From contig NMRA01000388.1 of the NCBI GenBank assembly GCA_002633005.1, positions 62,001-126,000 of the forward strand: a stretch of DNA of 64,000 nucleotides, written 5' to 3'. Made by a program: the position numbers and the translations under genes. The DNA comes from Phoronis australis. Lineage: Eukaryota > Animalia > Phoronida. How positions within the stretch are numbered: the first letter of the stretch is position 1; every line of letters starts with the position of its first letter. This document shows, piece by piece, positions 14,073-25,965 of the stretch. The notes beneath the pieces were generated by a model, which did not search any database, was not told where the DNA came from, and was given only the letters and a program-made list of their open reading frames with translations.

Positions 14073-14088
14073 CTAGAAAGAGCGCACT
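14073..14088 (-). CDS. Gene A, candidate 16-nt micro-exon
   Basis: Strong acceptor TTCATTCTTCTCTCAATAG and consensus donor AG/GTAAGT bracket AGTGCGCTCTTTCTAG; read phase 1 to 2 it gives E-C-A-L-S-R. Confidence 0.5.
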
Positions 14089-14299
14089 CTATTGAGAGAA
14101 GAATGAACTAACTGTCTCACACGAGCAACTGCTTTTTCGATTAAACAGACACTAAACCCGATTATGACCCATTTACAGATATCTATAACCACTTTCTCAG
14201 CCAACGCAGAGAAACAAAAATAAAGCTCTGTAAACCTAGTCAACTTTCTGAAGTTTGGAGCAAATTTTGAGAACTCCTTATAAAGTCTGCTAAACGGGC

Positions 14300-14505
14300 A
14301 AACGTGACCTACGCGTTAGGCGAGTTACGTGACAACTGTAGTGAAAGACCACCCATGATGTCCATTTTGTAACACAGTAAGGATGTGTCTTTAGTTGAAT
14401 CTCGGGTTGAATCCTGTTTTTTTCACTCAAGTGAGACGGCAATGGTGCATTAGCAGGAGACATAACGAGGTTGAAATCACTCATGTTGAATATCTTTTTA
14501 AACAA
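14300..14505. repeat. Unclassified interspersed repeat, copy 2 of 3
   Basis: Homologous to 9716-9915 and 18365-18530. Confidence 0.65.
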
Positions 14506-14865
14506 TACAACTTCGCTTGAATGATATAGTCAGTTGTTGAGGAATGGTTCCTTTTGTTCTAAGGTAACATAAACATAGCGCAGCCTAATTAGAGACTTCA
14601 ACCAACGCTTCAATGGACGTAATTGGAATAACCAAACACAGACAATACAACAGTTTAACACACGGTAACATTTTAATACGGTAACTCGGCTCTGATTGCC
14701 ACATAACACCGTGCAGTGGCTGGTGCCGTATAAAACGAGAGCAAGAAAGAACAGAAATTCAAAGCCATACCTCAAAGACTGTCTTTTAAATATACACGCT
14801 CCACTAAAAATACTCATGTACTCAACCACGTAAGTAAGTCAGTTGCTCTTTATAAAAAATCTTAC

Positions 14866-15507
14866 CTCGTTTGTATAGCGTTATGGACACTTTGCACAAT
14901 CCAGATCCCTTTCTGAAGTTGCCGGCTACTACGCGATTGAACCCTGCATACAAATTATTGTCCAGGATACCGTATCGCGGTTTTTGTCCACGTAGTGTAT
15001 ACAAAAACTTGGACTCGATGCTTCGCCTCTTTTCTTTAGCGCGCGCCCAGTCAATCTTTTCGTTACTAATGTCAATCATAAATTTCTCATTTTTCTTTGT
15101 TATAATGTCATCTTCCACGTGAATCAAAAGGTCTCCATTGACACTGGCGTCCAGATATCCGGGTAAATCATTGCCGTATATACGGAACTGCCTGTTGAAG
15201 ATGTGACATTCCGCCATGTTACTAGTTGTACCATTGTCACCACCGTAGCCATTGCCAGCAGGCGAGTCTGAAATATCCAACGTCCACAACCGCGGCTTGT
15301 CGCCGTACTCCAAATGGAAACGGGCACCTGTAAATTTCTGCCCGGAGAAATTAATCTTTATCACAGCTTGTGTGTCGCATTTTTTCGTCGGTTTCCGTTT
15401 ATAAGGGAGGACGACAAACTGTATGAAAGAACTATACCCTCTAACTTCTCCATTCATCAAATCTATTTCAACAGTTTCCTTGGCCAGAGAACCTGTTGTA
15501 ATCCAGC
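14866..15507 (-). CDS. Gene A main exon (642 nt, phase 1-1): secreted-protein domain resembling the N-terminal domain of invertebrate SCUBE-like proteins
   Basis: Acceptor TTCTTCTTCTCGTAG, donor G/GTAAGA, 214 open codons. Motifs WTLDISDSPAGNGYGGDNGTTSNMAE, FLYTLRGQ and GFNRVVAG...GSGLCKV match my recollection of that domain (unverified). The first ~50 and last ~13 aa of ORF 14822-15658 are intronic. Confidence 0.85.
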
Positions 15508-18500
15508 CTACGAGAAGAAGAAAAAACATAACACAACATTTCACATGATGTATGGGTAATCTAAATTTTAGCATGAGATCAAAAGGGTAATGTGGGGCTA
15601 ACTGTGACATAAACCGTTTAACTGGCCTGGAATAGAAGCGTGCTCCATCTGACGGCAATTACCACCACCTGTTGCACAAGATGACCGCGTTTGTTGAAAA
15701 AGAACTGGCTTACAGACTCTCTTTCAATTCAATGAACAAGAATTGAATTGATGGCAACATATTTAATAATGAAATTGAATTTAAATATTTTTTCAGTCAT
15801 TTGTCCGTTTTGAAAATTAAGGCATCACTTTAAATTTGACTGGAAGATAGTGCACCAAAAAAAAAAGAAAAAGAAAAACAGCGACAAGCCGACAAGCTTT
15901 CGATTGGTGTTTGGAATAAAGCTGACTGTGAGCAAAAATGGCTGCACTTTTTGCACGCATGTTTGTCCATACTTGAAAGTTGATTGATCTAGAATGGAAA
16001 CGATTCAACATATGCCAAGGCGACCTCTGTTAACGTCAGAGAAGTACTTCCGCCCAACATCCATCAAAACTAATTGGCGGATCACATGACAAAGTATTGC
16101 TAATCGGCATCCTGTAATGAGACCTGGACAAATAAACACACATTCTAGCTAATTACGGCAAGGTGTCTTGTATCGTCATTGGGCAGTTAAACGAGGGTTT
16201 ACACTTTCATGCAGGCACGAGAAAATTTTGAAAACAGCAGCCGTAATGTAATAAAACAAGAGAAAAAAATAATGGTCCTTACGTCTTCATGTTACCACAA
16301 CTGGCCATTTCCGGCCTTCTTATTGTAATAAGTTGTTACTTTTGAAAAAAAACTGTTTTCATAAATTATAAGACGTACAGACAAATTCTGTAAGCATTTA
16401 GGTATTTTAAGTATTCCGGTTTATCTAAATGAGAATCTCTCCTTAAAACACACGTGTCAGATATTGGTAAACACAGACGGAATTAATAGGACACTTGTCA
16501 AGTGCTGTTTACGAACTTTGTCGACAAGCCCGTATTAATTTCATGAAGTGTTTAGAGTAATATTGTGTAGAACAAAATGAAAAAAAGTGCCTTTATTTCT
16601 ACATCCTCCTACGGTCTCTAACTTTTTTACTGTAATTTTGATTGGTATCTATTTGTTTTTGTTCGCAGCTGCTATAAAACTGTCTTCTTTTGATTTGAAC
16701 ATAAAGCTATGAAATTAGTATCCACTACTTCCGTTGGGCCCTCTGCACTGATCCCCTGAAACTATTTCATGCTTTATAAATATATAGTTAACAAATTTTG
16801 ATATAAAATATAGAAATTTTAAACTTGAATTAGTGGTGACTAGCAAAATGGCGGTTATATTTAGCTTAGACTAAACGCCACTTACACACAGGACTCATCC
16901 CTATTTTAGTGAGATTCATATTAACGAAATCAATTATGTGTTCTTAACTGGTGAAAACAAAGGAAATATGAAATTAAAAAGAACCGTTTGAGGTTGTTGA
17001 AATGATGAATTGTGAGTGAAGATCAGGGTCGAATGCAATAAGTGTCTAGGAGCGAGAAAAGTGTAGTAGCCAAAATCACGGGCTCTCATTGAAAATACAC
17101 GGCAATATCTCCCGGAATCTCGTGACACTAGGGTTATTGAACGGACCCAGGTTTGTAGGAATACTCTACTGCGTTCTGTAGCGGCAAGACAATCGCCAGA
17201 AAAGCTAGTGTGATCACGTGCTTCGCTTGTAACGCATGTCGATATATCGCGAAGACTTGCGTGACCTCGTTGTTCTCACAAGATACTGACTGAACATAGC
17301 CACTTGACGACGCAATAAACGAACATTAAATTGTTGAACAGAACAACCCTTTCGATCATTTGTAAGTCATCCACGCCTACAGGAAAATAACTTCAGTGTT
17401 CAGGTTAAGATTCTCACAATTTCCACTCCCTCTGCCGTTAAATTAACGTATTGACAGATAATAGAACAAACGCAATAATTTTCATGGTCGATTCTTTGAT
17501 TTGATTATGTCGATACAAATCACAAAGGAAATAAGTTCCTAACTTTTGCTTTCCCCCGTACTTTGTCATGTTTTGAACTTTTGCCTTACGTTATATCTAT
17601 TCTTTCACTTTTCTCGTACTTGTAGAATAACCACCACGAATAACACTAGAAAGAACAACACAAATACATGTACACAATAACGTTATGTCAAAGTCGATGT
17701 ATATTTCTTACGTTTGTTCTACGACCAAACTCCGGGAGCCATGGACTAACGTTGTTCTAATGTACATATTCATGTATGTTCGCAAATTTGTTCACTGTGT
17801 TTCCAGCATGACCAGCATTAAACGTCAAGTCCACATAGGGCAGTCTGGTTGTTTCTCCGACAGTGAACATATAAATAAGTATTTTGTGACGCAACTCTTA
17901 ACAAGCTTTTACAAGAGGCGATATCAAATTCCGTGTCATAATACCATTAAAGAAGCCATGAATCCGTCAAAAATTAAGAAGTAACGAAATGTCAGTTCTC
18001 AAACCCAGACACTCCTTCCAGTTTGTGAAACAAACATGTCGAGACAATGATTGAGTGCACTTGCGGCAAGAAATGTTCGATTATAAGAAAAGCAAGTTTG
18101 TTTGGCAGCAAGACATAGAGGCTAAAATGTATTAATTATTAACAAATAATTAATTTTGACACCAACAATGAAGATAAATGATCACAAAACCAGCGGTAAA
18201 GTTACCAAGTTCAAAAGGAAGCCTTAAATATTTCATCTTAAGAGCATACTAAACACACATATTCAAACTTCGACTTGTTCATTCAAATCTTTCAAATGAA
18301 ATAACGTTCTGTTCACGTTTAAAACAACTCCGAACCTTCTTTACAAAGTCTGCTACATCAGTACGCGTGACCAACCCCTTTAAGCGAGTTACGAGACAAC
18401 TGAGAGGAAAGACCGCGTACTTCAAATCACAAAACCCAATTTGCGATGTAATAGGAAAGGTCCAAAGTTGAACAATGATTCTGTTGCTCAGGGAAGGTAC

Positions 18501-18530
18501 CAATGGAGTATAAAAAGGGAAACTCTCCAA

Positions 18531-18634
18531 CACGTTTCTAAAATCTATTGGTCTATTTACAACAACTTCTAGCCTATTTGCATTGGCAGGACGTTTCAGT
18601 CAGTGATTTCTATGACCATCTTCAGGTGTTACAG
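18531..18634 (-). mobile_element. Penelope-like pseudo-LTR fragment with a minimal hammerhead ribozyme motif
   Basis: Minus strand reads CTGAAGA-T-GGTCA(10 nt)TGACT-GAAACGTC; an inverted, diverged copy lies at 19547-19655. Confidence 0.6.
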
Positions 18635-18717
18635 CATTTTTAGAAGAACGAGCACTGGTGTATGGGACAGTCATGGTGGTCGATGATGAGCACGTCTTTT
18701 ATGCCACACATTGAATC

Positions 18718-19075
18718 AATCGAGTGCAATGCGGCCATGTGATATTGTTTTTCGTATTCCTCCCCTCCCGGACTACTTCAACAGTGCCCTCTGACATGGA
18801 AAGTTCAAGAGGTAGACCATTGTCGACTCGACGTTGTTAGCCGGTTCGACCATCAAACTTTCCCAAAGTTGTTTAAAGTAATAAAATTGCTGCAATATAA
18901 ATAACACTCAACATGCAATCAGGTCCGAAACGTAACATTTGGCACATATGTGACACTTCTGTCTCACTTTTAAATTGCTAAACATATCGTCTGCAACTCA
19001 GGCCCCGATTCCTCGGTAACAACTATATCAAAAATTGTTGTTATTTAACTATTTTCAGGAAGTGTTACAATTTCA
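18718..19075. repeat. Unclassified ~360-bp interspersed repeat, second copy at 53953-54315
   Basis: Colinear similarity, e.g. CGAGTGCAAT..GGCCA.GTGATAT, GTGCCCTCTGACATGGAAAGTT and GATTCCTCGGTAAC. Confidence 0.8.
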
Positions 19076-19292
19076 ATCCACAATTACCGTTGTTTTCACC
19101 TTTGTTATCTTTTCAAGTAATATATCGTTACTTTTAAAACTGTTTCTTTTATTGCAGAAAACTTGCAACCTAACGCGCAAGAACATACATATATGATGTG
19201 ATCCACCATGTGAACAGCCTGGGTGAAATATTTGAAAAATCTGCCGAAAAAAATGAAAGAAACTCAGGAATTCGAGGCGTATGGGATAAATA

Positions 19293-19437
19293 CAAAACGC
19301 ACCTCGGTTGGCGTAAATGAAGTAATATTTCACTCGACATTATTCCGTGTATCGACCTCGACCTTCGGTTTCGGCCGATACGCGGAGTAATGTCTCGTGG
19401 GACATTACTTCGTCTACGCTTCTCTCGGTACGTTTTG
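19293..19437. repeat. 145-bp imperfect hairpin
   Basis: CAAAACG...GAAGTAAT...GACATTATTCCGTGTATCG pairs with CGATACGCGGAGTAATGTC...ATTACTTC...CGTTTTG around GACC-TTC-GGTT. Confidence 0.8.
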
Positions 19438-19459
19438 CGTAATTCTCTTTTTTCTTGGG

Positions 19460-19530
19460 GCAATCTGGGATTGAACTAGGGACCATTAGATTGTTAGTCC
19501 AGTAGTCTAACCACAACACACACCCGCGGT
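19460..19530 (-). repeat. tRNA-derived SINE-head-like segment
   Basis: Minus strand ...GTGGTTAGACTACTGGACTAACAATCTAATGGTCCCTAGTTCAATCCC has A- and B-box-like motifs but no intact cloverleaf. Confidence 0.55.
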
Positions 19531-19546
19531 CGTTCTTCTAAGGACC

Positions 19547-19690
19547 CTGTAACACCTGAAAATGGCCTGAGAAATGTCCGACCGAAACGTCGTGGCAATA
19601 TAAGCAGGCTAGAGCCTAGAGGTTGGTATTAATAGTCCAATAGGTTTTAGGAATGATGCCACCTCATAAACACCCCAAAGCGATTTTAGG
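19547..19690 (+). mobile_element. Penelope-like pseudo-LTR, inverted partner of 18531-18634
   Basis: CTGTAACACCTGAAAATGGCC...GACCGAAACGTC; the hammerhead core is mutated (CTGAAAA). Confidence 0.6.
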
Positions 19691-20362
19691 AAGACAGGGT
19701 TTAGTATCACTTTAAACGGAACTTTGAACTATGTGACAGCACATGGATGAGACCAGATAAGTGTGGTGAAGCATGGAATTCGCATGCCTTAATACTCAGT
19801 TGTGAAAACATGCTAATGAGGACCAGATTAAAGTAACAGCTTTCAAATGTGTTACTGTGTTAAATGCGAACCATGGGAGACGGGATAATCTATTGGGTAG
19901 ACGCTGTCCAGTCTGAAGGTCAGCAACATAGTGCCTGCTTGTTGGTTTGAAGCTAGTTGGTTAATTTTTTGCTGTTATCATGAATGCCAATAAGTTTTGT
20001 CTCACTGAATCAATTGCCGAAATCCTGTTTCAGATTAGTTAAAAGAGTATGGTCCTCACTTCTCTAACTAACATTCAGAAGTATATGGCTGGCATTTTTG
20101 TACATTTATCGTTATTCCGTTCCTTAGGATTTTCGTTTATATTTGCTTTCAAATTAAATAGCTTTCATCAACTGAGTCTTGTAACACGTTACCCTGCAGT
20201 AATCGTACGTATTTATTAAAACGACATTAGTATTAATTATATCGGAATTTGGGTAAAAAATAGGCTGATGTTGGCCAATGAATTATCCCCACTAACCCTT
20301 CGCCAGTGTCTACAACACAGCCAGTCTCAGGGAAACTTAGAACAGAATTTCGCCCAATTTAT

Positions 20363-20643
20363 CTAGCTTGAAACAAACCGAATTCAGTCTTTTACTCCCA
20401 TAATCGGTTTTGTAATATTCCGCATGGTGGCAGGATTCTATTTCCGTTACCAACTAAAACACCGAAACCACCAATAAAGCATTTCAGAGTTTATTGAGGC
20501 TAGTCAACCCAAATGCGAATTCAAAAACGGCGAATGTGCTCGTTGCATGTGCCTTGAATTGGTAACGGAAACAGAATCCTACCACAATATGAGACCCATT
20601 TTACGAGAGTACTAAAGACTTTATTCGACTTTAGTTTCTAGCC
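20363..20643. mobile_element. Fold-back MITE, ~280 bp
   Basis: GGCAGGATTCTATTTCCGTTACCAA pairs with TTGGTAACGGAAACAGAATCCTACC; outer arms CGAATTCAGTCTTT / AAAGACTTTATTCG. Confidence 0.65.
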
Positions 20644-21515
20644 AGCTAAGAAGGAGGATGCGGCTTTAATCAAAGTTGTGTAAAACCTAGGCGCCATGCT
20701 TGGACATAAGTCACGCGTTGAGTGACAAAATCGCACGTGTCATTTTTGGCATATAACTACACATCTGAAAAGTCAAAGCCTCTCTGAGCAGTCTTTTTTA
20801 AGATCATATCATTGTCCGGTATGCCACATTGATGAACAAGGTCTTCATTATCACACGAGTGAAAAGTCGGCAATTAAGCAATTAAGTTTTGTGACAAACA
20901 AACACACTTTTCTCGCTCGATTGTGGAATTTCCAGCAACCATAGGATCTGGGATGTCTCAGAGGGAGGAGGGGAGGGGAACCACAGTTTCCCTGAAAACA
21001 GAATGCCGGTGGAGTTTTTGCTTATGTCAGTAGGGGTGAAGAGGAAAGAGTCCCCTCTAGATCCCTACATAATGCCGGTAAACAATAATAAGCAGTAACA
21101 AAGCAGTCTCTGTAAAAATTAAACCAATGAAATAAACAAAATTTACTTTCATTACGCTACGGCAGGCTTAAACACTGAACCACACTGTGCTTAGAAAATA
21201 ATGCAACACTTTAGCAGAAAAGACGGAGAATGAGTGGCTTAGAGTGCAGGGACATCCGAGGAGCCACGCTTACAGGTTGGCAGCTAAGCAAATACCACAT
21301 ACCGACCCATTGTGATTGGATTTGAAGGGCTCTTCCATACCAATTAATGACGTTTAACAGTCACTAACTAACAGTTTACTTGTAAACGTATTTGGTCAGA
21401 GCTAAACTGCTCCAGTATATGAAACTGTACTAGCGTACAACGAACGGACAGTTAATTTACAGTAACGACGAAACGCAAACTTACTGATTACTCTGTCCAC
21501 TGCTTCACAACTTAC

Positions 21516-21552
21516 CTAAATACTGCAGGATTGCGAACAGGAGAAGCCACAT
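21516..21552 (-). CDS. Gene A first coding exon (signal peptide)
   Basis: ACAATG start, MWLLLFAILQYL plus one base, consensus phase-1 donor AG/GTAAGT. Joined to the next exon it gives MWLLLFAILQYLGWITTGSLA-KETVE, a convincing signal peptide. Confidence 0.75.
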
Positions 21553-23791
21553 TGTTACATCTGGCTCATCAGCCGGCGGAACAGTTCACAGGTTGGTGTT
21601 TATTTGCTCAGGATACTTGATGTCGCACTTACTCCTGACTGAGGTCTCATTTATTGAAGGCCATCAACACCTCGTACGTCTATAAACACAGGACGCGTAA
21701 CTCACGCTACCCCATGGCACGACTTGGAAAACACGGCACCCAGTGCGAGACGAAACGGAAACTTGACCAGCACCAGACAAACTGTAGTGAATTGCCAAAG
21801 TTTAATTTTTTAACACAAGACAACAAAGGTTGCTACAGACTTTAATTAGCGCTGTCAGTACTTGGTGCGTTGCTGACAAATTCTCTTGGCTCGACTCGAG
21901 GCCTGGTTAGTATTTGCTTCTATAAACAATTTTGTAACCGTGTAGTCAAGAGGACTTCCAAAGATTTATGTTTCCCTGCCAGCTGTCTGGTTTTCACACA
22001 GATTAATGACAATCATCCCTGTCCGATACTCCACTGCTCGCCTACTGCTACTATAGATTCGTCCCCGGAAGTCTGACGAAATGAGCATGAATCCTTCTTG
22101 ATCTTTGTCAAATTACTCGAACATTGAACTGAAAATATGCAAACAGTTAGCTATAGATGGCGTTAAGACCATTCTTCGTGTCACATTTCGTCTCTACAAA
22201 TGACCATGACAGTGAAACACTAGCCATTGTCCTAATTGTTGGAGAAAAAGTGAAAATTACCTCTACCTCACCAGTCGGATGTCAAGTTCAAACACGGGCC
22301 CTCTCTTGTTAACTCAGCGATGTCCTGTTTGAAGTGTATGTTTATCTACGCGGGTAAACCGTGTCGCATTTATTCATTGTAAAACACACACACGATCAGT
22401 TACCACAGTCTGTTATCTGAGTCCAGTGTTGTCATTCATCCAACATTTACTCTGTGTCTCGAAGAAATGAAAACACAAACACGTGGCTAAACACTGAGGG
22501 GCGCTGCGAGCTGTCGACTTAGATTTTGGTTGAACGGAGAAAGCACAAGTTCGTCATCTTTGCTCTGTTATGTTTTCAATACGTATATGTATAGATGTAT
22601 AGACTGAGCTTCAAAACAAAGATTGAAAAATAGTCATAACACTATTTAGCAAATTCTCGAAAATAAGTTTTCAGGCCAAATTTCAAGAATGTAACAAGGT
22701 AGCAATTCGTCATCCCCGACAAACTGCGATCTTTTCTTGCGAACGCTGTACTTTTCCGACACACCGTATTATGAATTCGACTCTGTTTTCACATAACCTA
22801 CCACGGCTATTTTCACAAGAATGTCACGTGGGTCATTCTTATCTCACGAAGAGTTGTTCGAAAGAAAACACCGATTACCTTGACTTACCTGATCTGACTT
22901 CGTTACACATCGCATGAAAGAAAGGGTGGTATAGACGTAATACATTTTCAAACCAATTATTAACATAAAGAAATAAGCATGACTGGAGGGGGTATTAGGA
23001 GCTTTTACAAATTGTTGTGGAGCCCGTTATCAAGCTTAACAGACCAGAGTTTGCCTGGGAACAAAGAAAAAGGAAAGGGACTTTCCATAAGCACATTCGC
23101 ACATAAGAAATTATGAGTTAATTGACACCTTTCAATAAAAACAAGGTGAGCATAACTTAAGTTAAAATGCCAGAAAACCGTTCATGAGAGACCGTTTTGT
23201 TGAAATTTTCCGGAATATCCGGTATCTTTAAAATTCTTTTCACATGAAGGTAAAAGTTAAAAAATTATTAGCATGTTCACCCATAAATTGAGGAAAAATG
23301 CAGAAAAAGACGCAGGAGTTCGAACTTAAAACTATATGATACACCACGATATTATTTTGGGAAATGACTGTCGATGCTAAAACATGAAGAAGGCCTTTAT
23401 AACTATTGTGTAAATTCAGCTTCTTTACAGTTGTTTATTCATCCGCACTCTAGAGGGGGCGCTTTTCATTCCTTGCAAGGTTAGCTACAGTTCCAAATGA
23501 TAATCTGATAGACATTGAAATTTTAGCTTCACCTAAACTTCGATTGAATTGCAGTAAGGCGTAAAAATGAACCTTGATCTGATAACACAAAAATGGACTT
23601 AAGTACACTTTAAATAATTTGTTACAAAAGTGTTAGTAGAAGAAAATAAGGTATTAGTGCATAATACAGGATTACGCAAATGTAACCATTAAGCCCCAAC
23701 GAGCATGTTCACATTATTAGGGAAAAGTAGGCCTATAACTAATAAAAAGATTGGTCAATGAAGAAAGTTTTCTCTTGTCAAAAATTCTTAA

Positions 23792-25608
23792 AGGAGAATG
23801 CCACCCGATTTAATCAGTCTTTTTTAACATCTTAATCGGTCTGTATCCACATCACCTCGTATACGGTCGATCTTACCTCGCCAAGAGGTGTCGCGTTGTG
23901 AGAAAGGTGAGAAACGACGCAGCGACGTGGTGTATCGTTCCCGCTTGTGCGAACTATGAAGCTGCGAGGAAAGCGGGGTATATCGTTTTTACCTCGATTT
24001 CCTCGAGAGACCATAATGCTTAGGAAGTGGTTCGTGGTAGTGAAGAATGAAAAGTACACAGTTAATACCAAGTATGAAGCCGCGAAACTTCTCCATATCT
24101 GACAGTGGCTTGCATTTCGTCGGATCGGTTGTTGGTCAGTTTTTTAATTTGGAGAATTGCAGTTGGCTATGAAAACATACACAGTTACAATTAATTCAAG
24201 GCGTGGGAACGTAACGTTTTGTATAACCTGTTTGATGACTGACTCGTTCGTGAGGCGCTTCTGGTTGGTCCTCTGGGTGTAGGATGTTTTCGCCAGCGTC
24301 AGTCGTTTCCATTATGGTAAAAATAGCTCACTGACACCATGGCAAGTCATTCAAACGGTTTTCGGAACCATTCATATGTTCCGTTATCTGTGCACGTTCA
24401 CGGAGACTCTCTATTATTTCTTGATCAGTCTATTCCGGTGAAAGCTAACCATCGACCTGTGAAGTCTTCGTCGGATGAGCACTCATCTAAGTCGGGATTG
24501 CGAATTATCACGTTGACGTTTATTATTGTGCGTTCTCTTTCAAAATGAATTATTCTCTCCCTAACCAATGCTTATATAAAACTGAAACAAAGTCTGTCTC
24601 CTTAGATACAATTCGTAATGCCTTGGAGTGTTCGTGAGTGCAAATGTTTTGAGAAGCCGGCAATGAATAAATCACTGCGTTACCGGCTTTAGATGCAATA
24701 AACTACTGAACTGACCGGGCACCGAGGCTGTGTGAGCGCATGCTAATTCAGTGTTTGCTGACAGAAAGCTGTTGTGAAACAATAACTCGATTTTATAAGC
24801 TATGATCAGATGTTAGGGGAATCTTTATTTATATATTCATATACATCACTCTAATCATTGTTACGATACAACTTTTGCATTGACGGTTCAGCGGAAGGGT
24901 AACCTGACTTCGCGGCCTCCGACGAGCTAGTAAGTATATTTGCAGTTTCGAAGCTAATTCACCAAAATAATCACATGCACATTTTTTCTTTGGCTCACTA
25001 GTATAGTCTTTTCGTGACTGGAAGTTTAGTTTCCAGCTTTAACCGGTTTATGTTCTTGATGTCTTCAGTCCGGCCCCCATGGGCCTGATAGGGTTCCGAG
25101 CCACAGGCCGGGATAGCAAGCGTTTTGTATGTTTAGAACTGAAAAAATCACAAGTCTAAAATTACAACAGACAGCTTTGTCCTCTTGTCTGTATTTCACG
25201 GACGAATAATTTGAATTTAACACCGAACAGACCCCAAACTCCCGCGACCGACCTTGGTAAATTGTCCTACCGAACTCTATAGGCTACGGTAAGTTCAAAT
25301 ACCTAAAAATCCGTAACAGCGAAATGACATAACACGTTCGTTCAACGACTCCATGTATTTGTAGGGGGTTTACATCGAATTTTGATGCTTTATTGGTGTA
25401 AAACGATGAATTCGAGGGATAAGTTGACACCAGTAAGCGTGTTGTAAACTGCTGAACAGACTACACTCGAACCTCTGACGTCATTGGTTAATTTCAACAC
25501 CTCCGACTGCCGTCAAGTGTCAGGTAAAACAGCTGTACTTGCTGTTATCGAGTGGAACTACTCGATCTAAATTGATACCAACTAGGTTGTTGTTGGGTGG
25601 CATTCTCT
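23792..25608. mobile_element. Kolobok-like non-autonomous DNA transposon, copy 1
   Basis: TTAA then AGGAGAATGCCACCC at the left end; GGGTGGCATTCTC at the right. Colinear with 41820-43123 but carries an extra ~430 bp (about 24100-24535). Confidence 0.7.
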
Positions 25609-25799
25609 GAAGTGTTATGATTTCATTTCCACTATAGTGTTTTCTTCTAAGTTTTTGAGATAGCTGTACAATCAAGTTCAGTGTATAAGTTTCCTTAACT
25701 TCTTTTTCACTGAATCAGAAATTCGCTCGTTCAGCCATGATGTCATTTTGACGTTTTGGACCCATTCAAATAGAATTAAAAATCCAAAATTAAGAACAA

Positions 25800-25965
25800 A
25801 AGAAAACAACAACAATGATAATGAAAATGATAATAATGAAGGCACATTTACGTAGCTTTTTTAAATTATCAAGCACTTCGAAATTATTACCTGACTATGA
25901 ACCCGGTCAATCTTAATTTTTCTCAACTGCCCGGGAGAATACAATGGATGCAACCGTCATCGGAG
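25800..25965 (-). repeat. 3' tail of an L2/CR1-type LINE or related SINE
   Basis: (AAT/AAC)n tail next to GGCACATTTACGTAGC, resembling the reverse complement of the L2-type 3' end. Confidence 0.4.

Noticed and set aside
14822-15658. 278-aa single-exon gene as given by the ORF track
   Set aside because: Its hydrophobic 'FFLLLV' is a translated polypyrimidine tract; splice sites delimit 14866-15507.
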